Part shown: positions 1-12,692 of the stretch, in pieces
How the letters are laid out: every line of letters starts with the position of its first letter
How positions within the stretch are numbered: the first letter of the stretch is position 1
Notes under the pieces: generated by a model
Seen by the model: the letters and a program-made list of their open reading frames with translations, nothing else
Databases searched by the model: none
What the model was told of the DNA's origin: nothing
Source: Octopus sinensis
Lineage: Eukaryota
Direction of reading: 5' to 3'
DNA length: 64,000 nucleotides
Assembly (NCBI RefSeq): GCF_006345805.1
Contig: NC_042997.1
Span: 116,560,001-116,624,000, forward strand
Translations under genes and position numbers: made by a program

Positions 1-1243
1 TTATTTATGCATCCTTTTCGAGCCTAGCCAGGCTCACGGGCCCAGTTTTCCGATTTCTGTAGCATATGTGTTCCCTCCAGCTGAATGGGATGCCAATAAA
101 CAGGAAGAAAGAGTGAGAGAAAGTTGGGGCAAAAGAGTACAACAGGGGTCACCATCACCCCCTGCCAGAGCCTCGTGGAGCTTTAGGTGTTTTCGCTCAA
201 TAAACACACACAACGCCTGGTCTGGGAATTGAAACCGCGATCCTCCAACTGTGAGTCCGCTGCCCTAACCACTGGGTCATTGCGCCTCCACATGTTTATT
301 CTTTAGTCATTTTAATTTCTTATTACTACTCTATATTTGACTGATGCTTCATTCTGAAGTATATGTAAATTGAATTCCAACATCAGGGTATTAGTATTGC
401 TATGCCTTAGTGAAATAATATATATACATGTGTGTGTGTGTGTGTGCATATTACCTGCAGCTCATGCTCACATATATATATTGCCTTGTACGCACACACA
501 CGCAGATAAATCAGAGTGATAGTTCTGTTGAAAGCTTTCTAACATCAAAGAAGCTGCATGTCACAATCAATAAATCCCATTAGTAGGTCTCTACGAAACT
601 CTGCTTTTATATAGTTTCAAATAACTGTGCTAGAACCTATCATTATGATTAATAAAGATGGCTTGTGGCATTGCTCCAGCTTTGCCACAACCAAATAACT
701 GAAACCAGTAAGAAAATATATTTTAAAAAAATTCTGAATTCAATCTTTGGTTGTATAACAGAACATTTAATATTAATTTCAGGTATAAGGCAGCGAGCTG
801 GCAGAAATGTTAGCACGCCGGGCGAAATGCTTAGCAATATTTCGTGTATCCTTACGTTCTGAGTTCAAATTTCACTGTGGTTGTTTTTGCCTTTCATCCT
901 TTCAGGGTCGATAAATTAAGTACCAGTTGTGTACTGGGGTCAATCTAATCAACTGGCTCCCCTCCCTCAAAATTTCAGGCCTTGTGCCTAAAGTAGAAAA
1001 GAATATTAATTCCAGTTATGGTTGTGTGGTAAGAAGTTTGCTTCCCAACCACATAGTTCCAGGGTTCAGTCCTTCTGTGTGGCACCTTGAGCAAATGTCA
1101 TCTACTCTAGCATGGGGTTCTCAACCATTTTTTATAAATGGATCCCTTTGAGTCCATAACCATTCAGTTTAAAAACCAGTTTTATAGAAATGTCATTTAA
1201 AATTCCTATTTTGTTTCTTAAACATTAATTTGTGTTGGTTGAA

Positions 1244-1890
1244 CAAAAGGGGTTGGGCAAAATAATGGAAACACCTTAAAATTTCAAACAAATTTATTTT
1301 AATATGGGGTAGGACTGCCTTTGGCAGTAATTACAGCTCAAATTCTATGAGGTATGGACTTGTACAAAGTTTGAATTGTTTCCAAAGGAATTTTTGGCCA
1401 TTCTTCAGCTAAAACAGTCTCCAGTTCTTGTAGTGATGATGACAAAGGATATTGACTCCTTTCTTGTTTTTCTAAAAAGCACCATAAATGTTTATTAATA
1501 TTGAGATCTGGGGACTGTGGTGGCCAGATAAGATGTTCAACTTCACTAGAATGTTACTCATGCCATTCAGTAACAACTTTAGCTGTGTGAATTGGTGCAT
1601 TATCATCCTGAAAGATTGCATCTCCAGAAACAGTTCTGCAACCGTAGGATGAATTTGAACAGTTAAAATACTTAAAAAGTCTTGATTATTAATTCTGCCG
1701 TGAAGGGAAACCATTGGGCCAGTGGATTTCCAAGATATAGCCCCCACCAGATCAGAACAGATCCTCCTCCATGTTTAACAATTGGAAGAAGGCAGTCTGG
1801 GTCAAATGCTTCTTTTGGCTGTCTCCACATGTATACTCTAGGGATCAATTCTGTAGGTTTTTACTTCACTCTAATTGCTTTACATCCAGA
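1244..1890 (-). mobile_element. Tc1-family transposon relic (transposase C-terminal half and 3' TIR)
   Basis: Minus-strand translation with frameshifts gives RQPKEAFDPDCLLPIVKHGGGSV, GAISWKSTGPMV, FQDDNAPIHTAK and WPPQSPDLNIIEHLW; TIR-like ggggttgggcaaaataatggaaacacc near 1249-1275. Confidence 0.88.
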
Positions 1891-1909
1891 TTTCTGAGTA
1901 CCTTATTTC

Positions 1910-1938
<29 letters not shown>

Positions 1939-1941
<3 letters not shown>

Positions 1942-2340
1942 CTCTCTCATACACACACACACACACTTATACATACTAATACGTACTAATACATACTAAT
2001 ACATACACCAACCCCATACATACGCCTGTCCAGACCTATCCTAGGGTCATTCAACCCTATTATCTCCCCTTATTTCGCTCTCGCGTCTCATGTTTGATCT
2101 TTGACCTCTGGCCGAAATCAGATCGCCACGTTGATTCGTTAGTTACTGCACGCATTTTTTTCTCTCCTTCTTTCTGTGTTTTTTTTCTCTCTGTGTATCT
2201 TTCTGTTGAAGAGCGTAGGCTCGAAACGTTAAAGACTTGTTTTATTTATATTTCCTGAGCGCCATACTAATACAATTGTTTGTTTGTTTTCCACCTGCCT
2301 TCGTCTTTTGTCTATTTTCATAAAGCTTCCCGTTATATAT
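1939..2340 (+). repeat. 5' pseudo-LTR of the PLE
   Basis: Near-identical to 6265-6688 with only a few substitutions and short indels; contains ACTAATACAT tandem units. Confidence 0.9.
2198..2235 (+). ncRNA. Minimal type I hammerhead ribozyme fold in the 5' pLTR (A6U core variant)
   Basis: tcttt-CTGTTGA-a-gagc-gtag-gctc-GAAA-cgt-t-aaaga: 5-bp helix I, 4-bp helix II, palindromic ACGT helix III. Confidence 0.72.
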
Positions 2341-2962
2341 TATGCGCTCACGTGGTCTCACTTTCATCCTATATTCTACCAATACCACTATCAACACTTA
2401 CCTCTACCTTGGATTTTCTTTACCTCTTGGATACTTACCATTGGCTGCACCTCTCTTTCGCGGATCAAAGTGACTTTGCATTGATGTGAAATCCTTAAAA
2501 AATATATCACGACGTCTACACATTTCTCACCTTGAACTTTCAACCTTGAACTTGTTCGCATAAACTGTCCCGTTTGTTGTATTTTTATTTTCTCATATAT
2601 TACCACTTTTTTTACATTCATTTCATGCTTTCCACATTTTCCTGCATTTTTGTTCTCCTTTCCGTCTTTCTTCCCTCTCTGGATGTCCATACTCTGTTTC
2701 CTCTGCCTGCACCCCCCTTTTTTTGCCTCCCCCTCTCTCTGCTTCCCTTCTTTCTTTCCCTTTTCCGTTTGCCCCGTCTTTTCTGCCCCTATCGCTTACT
2801 TATCTAGTTTTTTCATATGATTATTATTTTTTTGTTTTTTTGAACGTTTGTTTTTTCCCCTTTTTTCGCTATCCTTTTTTTCTATTTTTTCATACGATAA
2901 TTTTTTGTTTTTTGTTTTTTTTTCGTTTTTTCGAACGTTTGTTTTTTTTCCGCTATCCCATC

Positions 2963-5863
2963 ATGCCGGATCCTAGGTCCTACCTCCTCACCCTCCATCA
3001 CCGTTTGAAGGATCATCTCCGTTCACTTCCTGTATATTGCCTTCAGCCGTCCGTTAATCTCTCTCTACTTCTTTTTAAAAAAAACCCGCTTCTCTAGCCA
3101 TGTCTCTTTCCTAAGCCGCTGCCTACATCACCGACTCATCCCTAAAGGTTTCCGCCTCCACTTCCACCCTGCTCTCCACTCGGATTCTTCCATCTTACCC
3201 ATACTCCGCACCACATCTTACCGTCTTATGCGGGCCACCATTCGCTCCAATCTCTCTAAACTACATGCCATCAACCGCCTTCTTCCTCCTGCTTTCTCCA
3301 CCTTCTTCTCCTCTCTGCCGCCTCTCTATGCTCCAAACACGCTACGCTTCATTATCCATTTGAATCAACTCTTCCATCAATTTCTTTCTGATACCAAACT
3401 TCGTAAACTCCAATCACTCTTCCATTCCACCCTACCCGACGCCACTACCCCAACTCCTCCACCACCCTTCTCCCCTCCCGATAGGCTCCATCCACCCACA
3501 TCTAACCCCACTGCCCCTCCCTACAACCCCTTCTCCCCTCCCGATAGGCTCCATCCACCTACACCTAACCCTACTGCCCCCCAACCAACCCCCACACACC
3601 TCCCCAATCCCTCCCCCTCAGACCTCCACGAGACCTACCACCCCTCCTACTTCTATTCCACCCACCCCTTCTCCACTTCCGTCTGTTGTTACCATTCCCC
3701 CCGATCTTCCCCTCTCTGCGGCTGAACGCTCCGTCCTTGGTAGGGGTCTGCGTTTCATCCCCCTCACTCCATCCTGTAAGGAATTCCAGACGCGAGTTGA
3801 TGTCCACAGCTTTGTGCGCCGTGTCCGGTTGGGTGCGCATTACCACGACTCGCCACCCACACCCAACGAAGAGGACTGCTTCACTGGCCTGGGCCGCCAA
3901 CCATCCCCGTGGACGCCTGCCCCTGGCCAGATCCTAGCAGTGGATCTTTTCGCGGGCGCTTGTCAGTGTGCATTGGAGCAGTTCAACTTCTCCAGGCGCC
4001 AACGCCGCCTCAACATCTCCCCGGCTGAGCTCTTGGCTCTTCGTTCCCTCCAACAGCGCGCTGACATTATCATCAAACCTGACAAGGGTGGAGCTGTAGT
4101 GGTGTGGCGCGCGGACCTCTATAGGGCCGAGGCTTTCCGCCAACTCAATGACACCTCCTTCTATTCCCCTCTGCCCTCTAACCCCACACGTAGCTACCAA
4201 CAGACGGTATCCTCTACTGTCCGCGACCTCATCTCGTCCTCCCGTCTCCCCCGCACCGCATCCAACTTAATTGTGCGAAACCTACGTACCCCCACCATTT
4301 ACTTCCTCCCCAAAATCCACAAACCCAACAACCCTGGCCGCCCCATCGTCTCCGCCTGTAACTGCCCCACGGAGCTCATCTCTAAATACCTCGACCGTGT
4401 CCTTGCCCCCCTAGTGGCATCTCTTCCTTCCCACATCCACGATACCAACCATGCTCTCCGGCTTTTCAACTCTTTCTCCTTTCCTCCCGGCTCCTCCAAA
4501 ATCCTTTTTACTATCGACATCCAAAGCCTCTATACTGTTATCCCTCACCACGAAGGACTGCAGGCCCTTCGACACTTTCTTGACCTCCGCTCTAACCCTG
4601 TACCTGACACCTCCACACTCATTCGTCTGGCCGATCTTGTCCTTACTCTGAACTGCTTCTCGTTCGCGGGCGAGTTCTACCATCAGGTCTCGGGAGTGGC
4701 CATGGTAACGCGAATGGGCCCCAACTATGCGAACCTGTTCGTTGGCTATGTTGAGGCCCAAATATTCTCTAATTTCACTGGTCCCACTCCTGAACTATAT
4801 GGTCGTTACATTGACGACATTATCGGTGCCACCTCACTCTCCAGTGAACATCTAGATTCCTTCCTCTCTTTCGTCCAATCTTTCCATCCAGCCCTCCACT
4901 TCACTTCCACTATCTCCAACACCTCTGTCTCCTTCCTCGACATTTCGGTTAGCATTCTTCACTCCACTCTTACCACCTCCATTCACTACAAACACACAGA
5001 CTCACACTCATACCTCAACTTCTCTTCCTCCCACCCAGAACACACCAAGCTTTCCATCCCCTATTCCCAATTCCTCCGTCTACGTAGGCTCTGTAGTGAT
5101 GACCATGACTTTGAGACTCAGTCTCAACGTATGGCTCACCACTTCACCCTACGTGGATACCCCCTCACCACTATCCACACCGCCCTTGCCAGAGCACGGT
5201 CCGTGGACCGTGTATCTGCTCTCTCTCCCCGAACCCGCCCTGTAGTCTCCCGCCTCCCTTTTCCCCTCACTTACTTACACCACCCCACGACCCTACGTCT
5301 CCAACGCACCATTCTTCGAGCTTTCCGTCATCTCCAGTCCGACCCGTCCACTTCACACCTCTTCCCTAACCGAACCCCCCTCCCCTCTTTCAAAGACCCA
5401 CAACCTTCGAGACCTTTTGGTCCATAGCTCCTTCCCTGACCCTACCTCCCTACCTCCCAACCCGGCACGTTGCCGCACTTGCCCTTACCTCTCCAACACC
5501 ACCCGCCTCACTAGCACCCACCATCGACCCTATCCCATCATCCACTCCTTCACCTGCACCTCCAGCAATATTATCTATTGCGTCTCTTGCTCTCTCTGCA
5601 ATTCCTTGTACATCGGACAAACGGGACGCCGCTTGGCTGACCGGTTCGCGGAACACCTTCGTGACATCCACCTTGCGAACGACACACACCGGTCTCACGC
5701 CATTTCCGCTCTACTACGGTCACTCCTGCAACACCTATCTGTGTTCGGTTTGTCCTTACACAGAGGCCATCCGGATTCCCGTTTGCGCCGTGAACAGGAA
5801 TTAATCTTCTCTCTTCGCTCTTATACGCCATTTGGTCTCAACTCTCCCCCCCTCCTCATCTAA
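2963..5863 (+). pseudogene. PLE ORF (N-terminal domain, reverse transcriptase, Cys linker, GIY-YIG endonuclease), disrupted
   Basis: ATG at 2963; HVSFLSRCL..LIPKGF N-terminal motif after a frameshift near 3080; RT segment 3814-5427; RCRTCPY linker and IIYCVSCSLCNSLYIGQTGR in 5417-5863; several frameshifts and KPADKG reduced to KPDKG. Confidence 0.9.
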
Positions 5864-6264
5864 CCCCCCTCTCCCCCCCTCCTCACATATCCTTCCCCCC
5901 GACCCCTATTTCTTCAGTCCTTCATCCTTTCACCCTACTACTCCCCTTCCCTTCTTCCCTCTTTCTTTCTCCGCCCTCCTTCCCTCTTCCCTCTGCTCCC
6001 TCACTCCCCTTCTCTCTCCCCCTCCCCTCTTTCCTCCTTCCTCCCCTCCTCCCCCCTCCCTCCCCTTCCTTCTCCCCTCCTCTCCTCCCCTCCCCCCCTC
6101 TTCTCCTCACTACACCACACGACTTTACACATCACATCATATATGATGTGCCATACTAACACATACACCAACTAATACATACTAATACGTACTAATACAT
6201 ACTAATACATACTAATACATACACCAACCCCATACATACACCTCCAGACCCCTCATACGCACTT

Positions 6265-6688
6265 ATACTCTCTCATACACACACACACACACTTATACAT
6301 ACTAATACGTACTAATACATACTAATACATACTAATACATACACCAACCCCATACATATGCCTGTCCAGACCTATCCTAGGGTCATTCAACCCTATTATC
6401 AACCCTATTATCTCCCCTTATTTTGCTCTCGCGTCTCATGTTTGATCTTTGACCTCTGGCCGAAATCAGATCGCCATGTTGATTCGTTAGTTACTGCACG
6501 CATTTCTTTCTCTCCTTCTTTCTGTGTTTTTTTTCTCTTTGTGTATCTTTCTGTTGAAGAGCGTAGGCTCGAAACGTTAAAGACTTGTTTTGTTTATATT
6601 TCCTGAGCGCCATACTAATACAATTGTTTGTTTGTTTTCCACCTGCCTTCGTCTTTTGTCTATTTTCATAAAGCTTCCCGTTATATAT
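6265..6688 (+). repeat. 3' pseudo-LTR of the PLE
   Basis: Direct repeat of 1939-2340 with an extra 12-bp duplication (aaccctattatc) and one extra 10-bp unit; partial copy upstream at about 6155-6240. Confidence 0.9.
6546..6583 (+). ncRNA. Minimal type I hammerhead ribozyme fold in the 3' pLTR (A6U core variant)
   Basis: Identical to 2198-2235. Confidence 0.72.
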
Positions 6689-6867
6689 ATGTGTATATAT
6701 ATATATATGTATATAAAATACAAAAATGGGACAAGAACGCAAAACATCCAGACAGTTAGGTGAAACAAAAAAAATGGAAAACAAAATATCCAGCCAGACG
6801 ATACAAGGAAAACAAGGATGGATCATTCGGAGTTTTCTATCCTCAGTCAAGTTCCAGAATAGCTTTG

Positions 6868-6925
<58 letters not shown>

Positions 6926-6968
6926 ATAAAAATGGTAAGACAAAAGAATGAAAGAGACCTCGATATTA

Positions 6969-7001
<33 letters not shown>

Positions 7002-8508
7002 ATGTATGCATGCATGCATGTATTTGTGTGTCAGTGCTTGTCCTCCCACAATTACTTGGCAACCGACATTGGTGTATTTACGACCCTGTAGCTTAATTCA
7101 CATAGGTGCAGGCATGATAAGACACTTGCTTCCCAACCACATGTTCCTGGGTTCAGTCTCCCTTAAAAAATTGGCTTTCTGCTTCATCAAAAGAAATCAA
7201 TTATCTATAATTATTGAAAACTTAACAAAAATATATTAAGTGCAGGCATGGCTCTGTGGTTAAGAACCTTGCCTTCCAACCATATGATTTTCAGTTCAGT
7301 CCCACTGCACAGCATCTTGGGCAAATGTCTTCTACTATTACCCTGGGTAGACCAATGCTTTGTGAGTGAATCTGGTTGATGGAAACTGAAAGAAGCCCAT
7401 TGGGTATATTATTATTATATATATATAATGTGTGTGTGTGTGTATCCCTACTCAATCCTCACTGCTTGAGAACTAGTGTTGGTTTGTTTATGTTCTTGTA
7501 ATTTCGCAGTTTGGCAAAAATGACCACAATAGAATAAGTACCAGACTTTAAAAAAAATAAATAAACTCCATAAGTCCTAGGTTGGACATATTTGATTAAA
7601 ACCCTTTAGTATTCAGACTAATCTGTGTCAAATGTGATGCTTATTTATCCAAATTCTTTTGAATTAATCCGTCATTATCTCATAACATTGATATTTCAAT
7701 AATATGATAGTTTATTTTTAGAATAGTATTGTAGGGTAGGTATAAGAGGTTAGATCTGGAGATTTTTTAATATAAAACAGACAGAATATTTGGGCTGGAT
7801 ATGGCGGGTTTGTGTGCTAAATCAGTGGGTCTCAACCAGTGTCCATATAACCCTTGCGGGGTCAATTATAAGATTTTGTTAAAATCTCTGAGCAATAAAT
7901 TGGTTAATTCCTAATAATAATTAATCATAAAAATAGGATTTTTTTGAACATGTGGGGTCCAGTTGAGTAAAACAGGAACCAAAAGGGCCCATAGGCAAAA
8001 AACAATGGAGAATCAACGTGCTAAAGGGTTAAAGCAGAGCCCCAGCATGGTCACAGTCCAATGAGTGAATCAAGTTAAAAATAAGAGACAAAACATACTT
8101 ACATTGGCAGTAAATTTACGCTGTCCACGGTAGACTTTGCCATAGGACCCTTCACCAATTAATCCCAAAATATGATAGTTGTCCATAGATGTTATCACAG
8201 CTGAAAATTAAAACCAAATTTTGAAAGAGAATAAATACAACACTGAACATTGTTTTCTGTTTTGATAAGAACATTACATGTTCAAACGTGTATCTCTGTT
8301 TATTGACCAAGGAATCTATGTATCTAATCTTTACATGTAATCCCTGATCCCAATGGATACATTGAGACCAGTTGGTGAATTTTTAATTTCATGTATTTTC
8401 ACCATAAAAAAAGCTCTACTGTTAAGCTGCTGTGTTTCAAATGACTGATCATTAATACAAGTTTGTAATCCAAATTCCTTTCACGTGTGCTATGCCACAC
8501 ACATAATC

Positions 8509-8738
8509 GGCAGCGAGCTGGCAGAAACGTTAGCATGCCAGGCGAAATGCGTAGCCGTATTTCGTCTGCTGTTACGTTCTGAGTTCAAATTCCGCCAAGG
8601 TCGACTTTGCCTTTCATCCTTTCAGGGTCGATAAATAAAGTACCAGTTTTGCACTGGGGTCGATGTAATCGACTTAATCCCTTTGTCTGTCCTTGTTTGT
8701 CTCCTCTATATTTAGCTCCTTGTGGGCAGTAAAGAAAT
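8509..8738 (+). mobile_element. tRNA-derived SINE family 1 (representative copy)
   Basis: ggcgagctggcagaa head, gagttcaaattcc B box, conserved tgcctttcatcctttc..ggtcgataa body; other copies near 787, 13437, 14150(-), 15330(-), 21911, 42985(-), 45700, 45920. Confidence 0.8.
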
Positions 8739-10115
8739 TATGCCACACACATCAGCAAATAAACTTCACTCTATTTGCATATAGGTCATAGACTGGAGCA
8801 ATGCTCTGCAACTGGTGTGCCACAGAGTAACCTGAACATAATTTTTTACCCTGTACTTTTAGTTATATCTTTATATCAGGTATGCCCTAGTCCTAGGGAT
8901 TCAATTTGTTTTGAGATGATCCAAGTACATGGTATTGATAAGTCACAATAATGATGAAATTTTGGTAGCTACCATTCTTGGTGATTCCAAGGAAAGTTGT
9001 CTTGCTTGGTCTGTGACATTCAGATGTACTTTAACACTTGGCATCAATTGGGGAACTGTCCCCAGATGCTATCCCACAGCAAATTTGGCATATAGACAAA
9101 ATATACACTTTGTATGAGTAACCTAGAATGAGTTCTAAGTTTGCAAGAGAGACCATGTTGTGTCTATGTTGAAGCTAAATACTTTGCCCCTATCTTTTTT
9201 GATTTTAATTTTTACTCTTTTTTTTTTTTTGAGTCCATAAGAACTCATAAGGCCGGATATAAGCGACCAGGATCACATTTCCCTTGGATGAGATGCCAGT
9301 CCATTGCAGGGTTCAAAGCCTGTAATTTTGAGGAGAGAGGACAAGTCGATTACATTAACCCATGAAGTATACCCTTATCTTGACATCATACGATGGTTGT
9401 AAAAGAATGTTTCCAGTCTTCGGTGAAAAATGTCTGGTAATGGGAAATATTAGTTTGCTTGGAATCAGGTTGGGATTGGTGGCAGGAAGGGTATCCAGCC
9501 ACAGAAAATCTGCCTCGATAAATTGTTTGACCCATGCAAGCATGGAAAAGTGGACAATTAAGATGATGACATGTGTTTGTGTGTGTGTGTATAATGAGGA
9601 TGATGATGATATACAGATATTAATAAATAACAAAGAAAGTAGAACTCAATCTGTATGGTTAGAGTAACATGTATTTAATAACAGTCTGGCTCAGTTCTGC
9701 ATTACTTAAAGTTTCATGAGTCCACAGAACACATCCACCTAGTCAGATGTTCAGAGACAGGATAAAGAGTTTGAAAGGAATTTTAAATGGTTCTTGGTGA
9801 TTAAGCTTCTATTTTGGTCAGCTCAAGTCATGTGGTTGTAATGATATCAAAAGCAACAGTTATTTTCTTTGTTTTTAGTCTCCAAGTTGCAGACAGGATG
9901 TTGGTGTCACATTAATAGCAAGCTGCTGGATGATATATTCAGTGATATCAATTCCTTGTATTGAGTACTTTATGGAAACAGTTACACCCACATAAAGACT
10001 GTTTTTAATGATTTCAAACTCCACTCAATGATGACTAGCGACTAACACCACTTGTATGATGGTGACACTCATTTACGAACATAACCCAATGTTCCTATGA
10101 GACACAAACAAACAT

Positions 10116-11217
10116 TATTTACATTTGATGGATATTTGTCCTCGTCTTGTTTGTTGTTAACACGTTTCAGCTGATATACCCTCCAGCCTTCATCAGGTGT
10201 CTTGGGGAAATTTCGAACTTGGGTTCTCATTCCTAAGGTGTTTTTCGATGTTGTTATTATTATTATTATTCAGGTCAATGCCTGCAATTGAACTCGGAAT
10301 CTTGGAGTTAGCAGCCTATGCTCTTAACCACTACGCCATATACCCAGACATATAGCATGGTTGTTAAGAGCGCAGGCTATTAACCCCAAGATTTCGAGTT
10401 CAATTCTAAGCAGTGACCTGAATAATAATAATAATAATAACAACAATAATAATAATAATGCCCTGATGCAGTACCAGGCAGTGGCTCTCATGGCTTCTGA
10501 TCTTACCTGATTGGAAGTGTTATCATTTACATAGTTTTGTCTTAGTATAAAAGACTGGGCTACAGTAAATATTCTGCTCAATACCACAGATTTGCTTGTC
10601 AGTTGTTTGACCGTAACCAGTTGAGCATGTCCCTTAGTGGCTGATGATATGTGCATCTCTGATCATGAGCAGAAGTAGTGGGGGAGCATCATAGCCATGT
10701 GTTGAGAGGGTTTCTTTGGGGTTTGAATAATTCACGTCTGAAAACATGGGCGTTTCGTTCAACATCCTTAAACAACCTTTATTCAGGGACCTTTTGAGCG
10801 GGATGGGTTACTCGACCAGAAGAAAATTCTAACTGGGCCCCACTGTAAGGTCATGTGCTGTTTAACTTGATGTAAGATCACCATGTCGCACACATACGGT
10901 TGTGATGCATGTGCCTGGTGTACCCTAATCAAACAGGTAGTCATGATGGGTATACTAGGCTTTGTATATTTTACCCCAGAGTCACTTTGATGCCACGCGC
11001 TGCTCTCTCACTCAATAATAATAATGATAACAACAACAACATCGAAAAACTCCTTAAGAATGAGCACCCAGGTTCAAAACTTCCCCAAGACACCTGATGA
11101 AGGCTGGAGAGTATATCAGACGAAACGTTGTGTTAACAACAAACAAGATGAGGACAAATATCCGTCGAATGTAAATAATGTACATAATTCCTCATCTCTT
11201 AAATATAGAACTGTAGT
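10116..11217. mobile_element. Inverted dimer of tRNA-head/hammerhead SINE, copy A, with an approximately 550-bp insertion in the (AAT)n of the right arm
   Basis: Minus arm 10116-10343, plus arm 10347-11217; flanking direct repeat aacaaacat at 10107-10115 and 11218-11226. Confidence 0.8.
11089..11134 (+). ncRNA. Minimal hammerhead ribozyme in SINE copy A, plus arm
   Basis: gacac-CTGATGA-a-ggctg-loop-cagac-GAAA-cgt-t-gtgtt; core intact, one helix II mismatch. Confidence 0.75.
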
Positions 11218-12643
11218 AACAAACATGTCTTACAAGTTGTGTCGGTCACGAGTTATCACTGAGTGGCGTTTGAACATAACGATGAGTCTTTATGTGGGGG
11301 TAACCATTTTGATGGTTGGAGAGTTACAATTGAGGACATTTGACCAACATCTTGCCTATCCTGTTACATGCAGTCCTCAACACAAAAAAACTAATATCAC
11401 AAAATACCACACTGCAACCTACTGTCAATATTGTGCTAACATCCAGTCCACAACTCAGACCTCATTTCTGTTTGCCTCCACTTGTTGAAATTTTAAAATG
11501 AAGTGAAAATTTTCAAATTTTATGTGTTGACGTAATTTTTCATGCTGAGTCTCAGGCTGTTACAGAAAAATGTTTTTAAAAAGCGGTTTAAAGTTTGATC
11601 ATTTTTATCCAGTCAGAAAACAGGATTTGGAAGCATTTCAGTAATTAGCATACAAAACCACATCAATACACTAAATTTGAAATCAATTAGAACAAAATTG
11701 ATAAAGTTGCAAAGTGAAAACCAAATAAAAAAAGAGTATCATCATCATTGTTCAACATCCGCATTCCATGCAGGCCTGGGTTGGACGGTTTGACAGAGCT
11801 GGCTAGCAGGGAGCTACAGGAGAAGACACTTTTCCAAGTGGGGCTGAATGTGAAATTAGGTGAGGTTAGGAAACAAACTTCTTCACCACACAGCCATACC
11901 TATTTCATTATATATATATATATATATAAGTAAATAAATAAATATATATATATAAGTAAATAAATATATACATATATATATATTCCAGGTTCAGTCCCAC
12001 TACGTGGCACTTTGGGCAAGTGTCTGCTACTATAGCCTCGGGCTGACCAAAGCCTAGTGAGTGGATTTGGTAGACGGAAACTGAAAGAAGCCTGTCGTAT
12101 ATATATATATATAATATATATATATGTATGTGTGTGTGCGTGTGTTTGTCCTCCCAACATCGCGCTTGACAACCGATGCTGGTGTGTTTACGTCCCTGTA
12201 ACTTAGCGGTTCGGCAAAGCGACCGATAGAATAAGTACTAGGCTTACAAAGAATAAGTCCTGGGGTCGATTTGGTCGACTAAAGGCGGTGCTCCAGCATG
12301 GCCACAGTCAAATGAATGAAACAAGAACATATATATATATATATATATATATGTATAGAGAGAGAGAGAGAGAAATCCTATCCTATATTTTATACGTTAT
12401 ATATACGCCTCATTTACACATTACACACAAATAATACACGCACACACACACGCAGATATAGATATTTTCAATTTTATTTATTTATTTATTTTACTTCTCA
12501 TGAGGCTTGCAAAACATTCAGTTTCTGCGTGGGATTAAAAGAAAATAGACATCGTCTGCAATATCTCGCAAACTTCAAGAAAAATCAAGAAAATGCGAAG
12601 TCATAAAACTTTAAACAACTTCAATGTATCGCTATCTACGTCC

Positions 12644-12692
<49 letters not shown>

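Larger units (their letters stand above)
1939..6688 (+). mobile_element. Penelope-like retroelement (Neptune-type), full length, frameshifted, flanked by TA repeats
   Basis: About 400-bp direct repeats at both ends; RT motifs (LPKIHK, GRPIVS, GVAMxTRMGP, RYIDD) followed by a GIY-YIG endonuclease; (TA)n on both flanks. Confidence 0.93.

Noticed and set aside
5832-6146. 104-aa Pro/Ser/Leu-rich ORF and its Gly/Arg/Glu antisense ORF
   Set aside because: Polypyrimidine 3' region of the Penelope-like element
6800-6865. Hammerhead-like CTGAGGA...CGAA on the minus strand of a TA-flanked 150-bp segment
   Set aside because: Lacks GAAA and a pairing helix I; at most a decayed remnant
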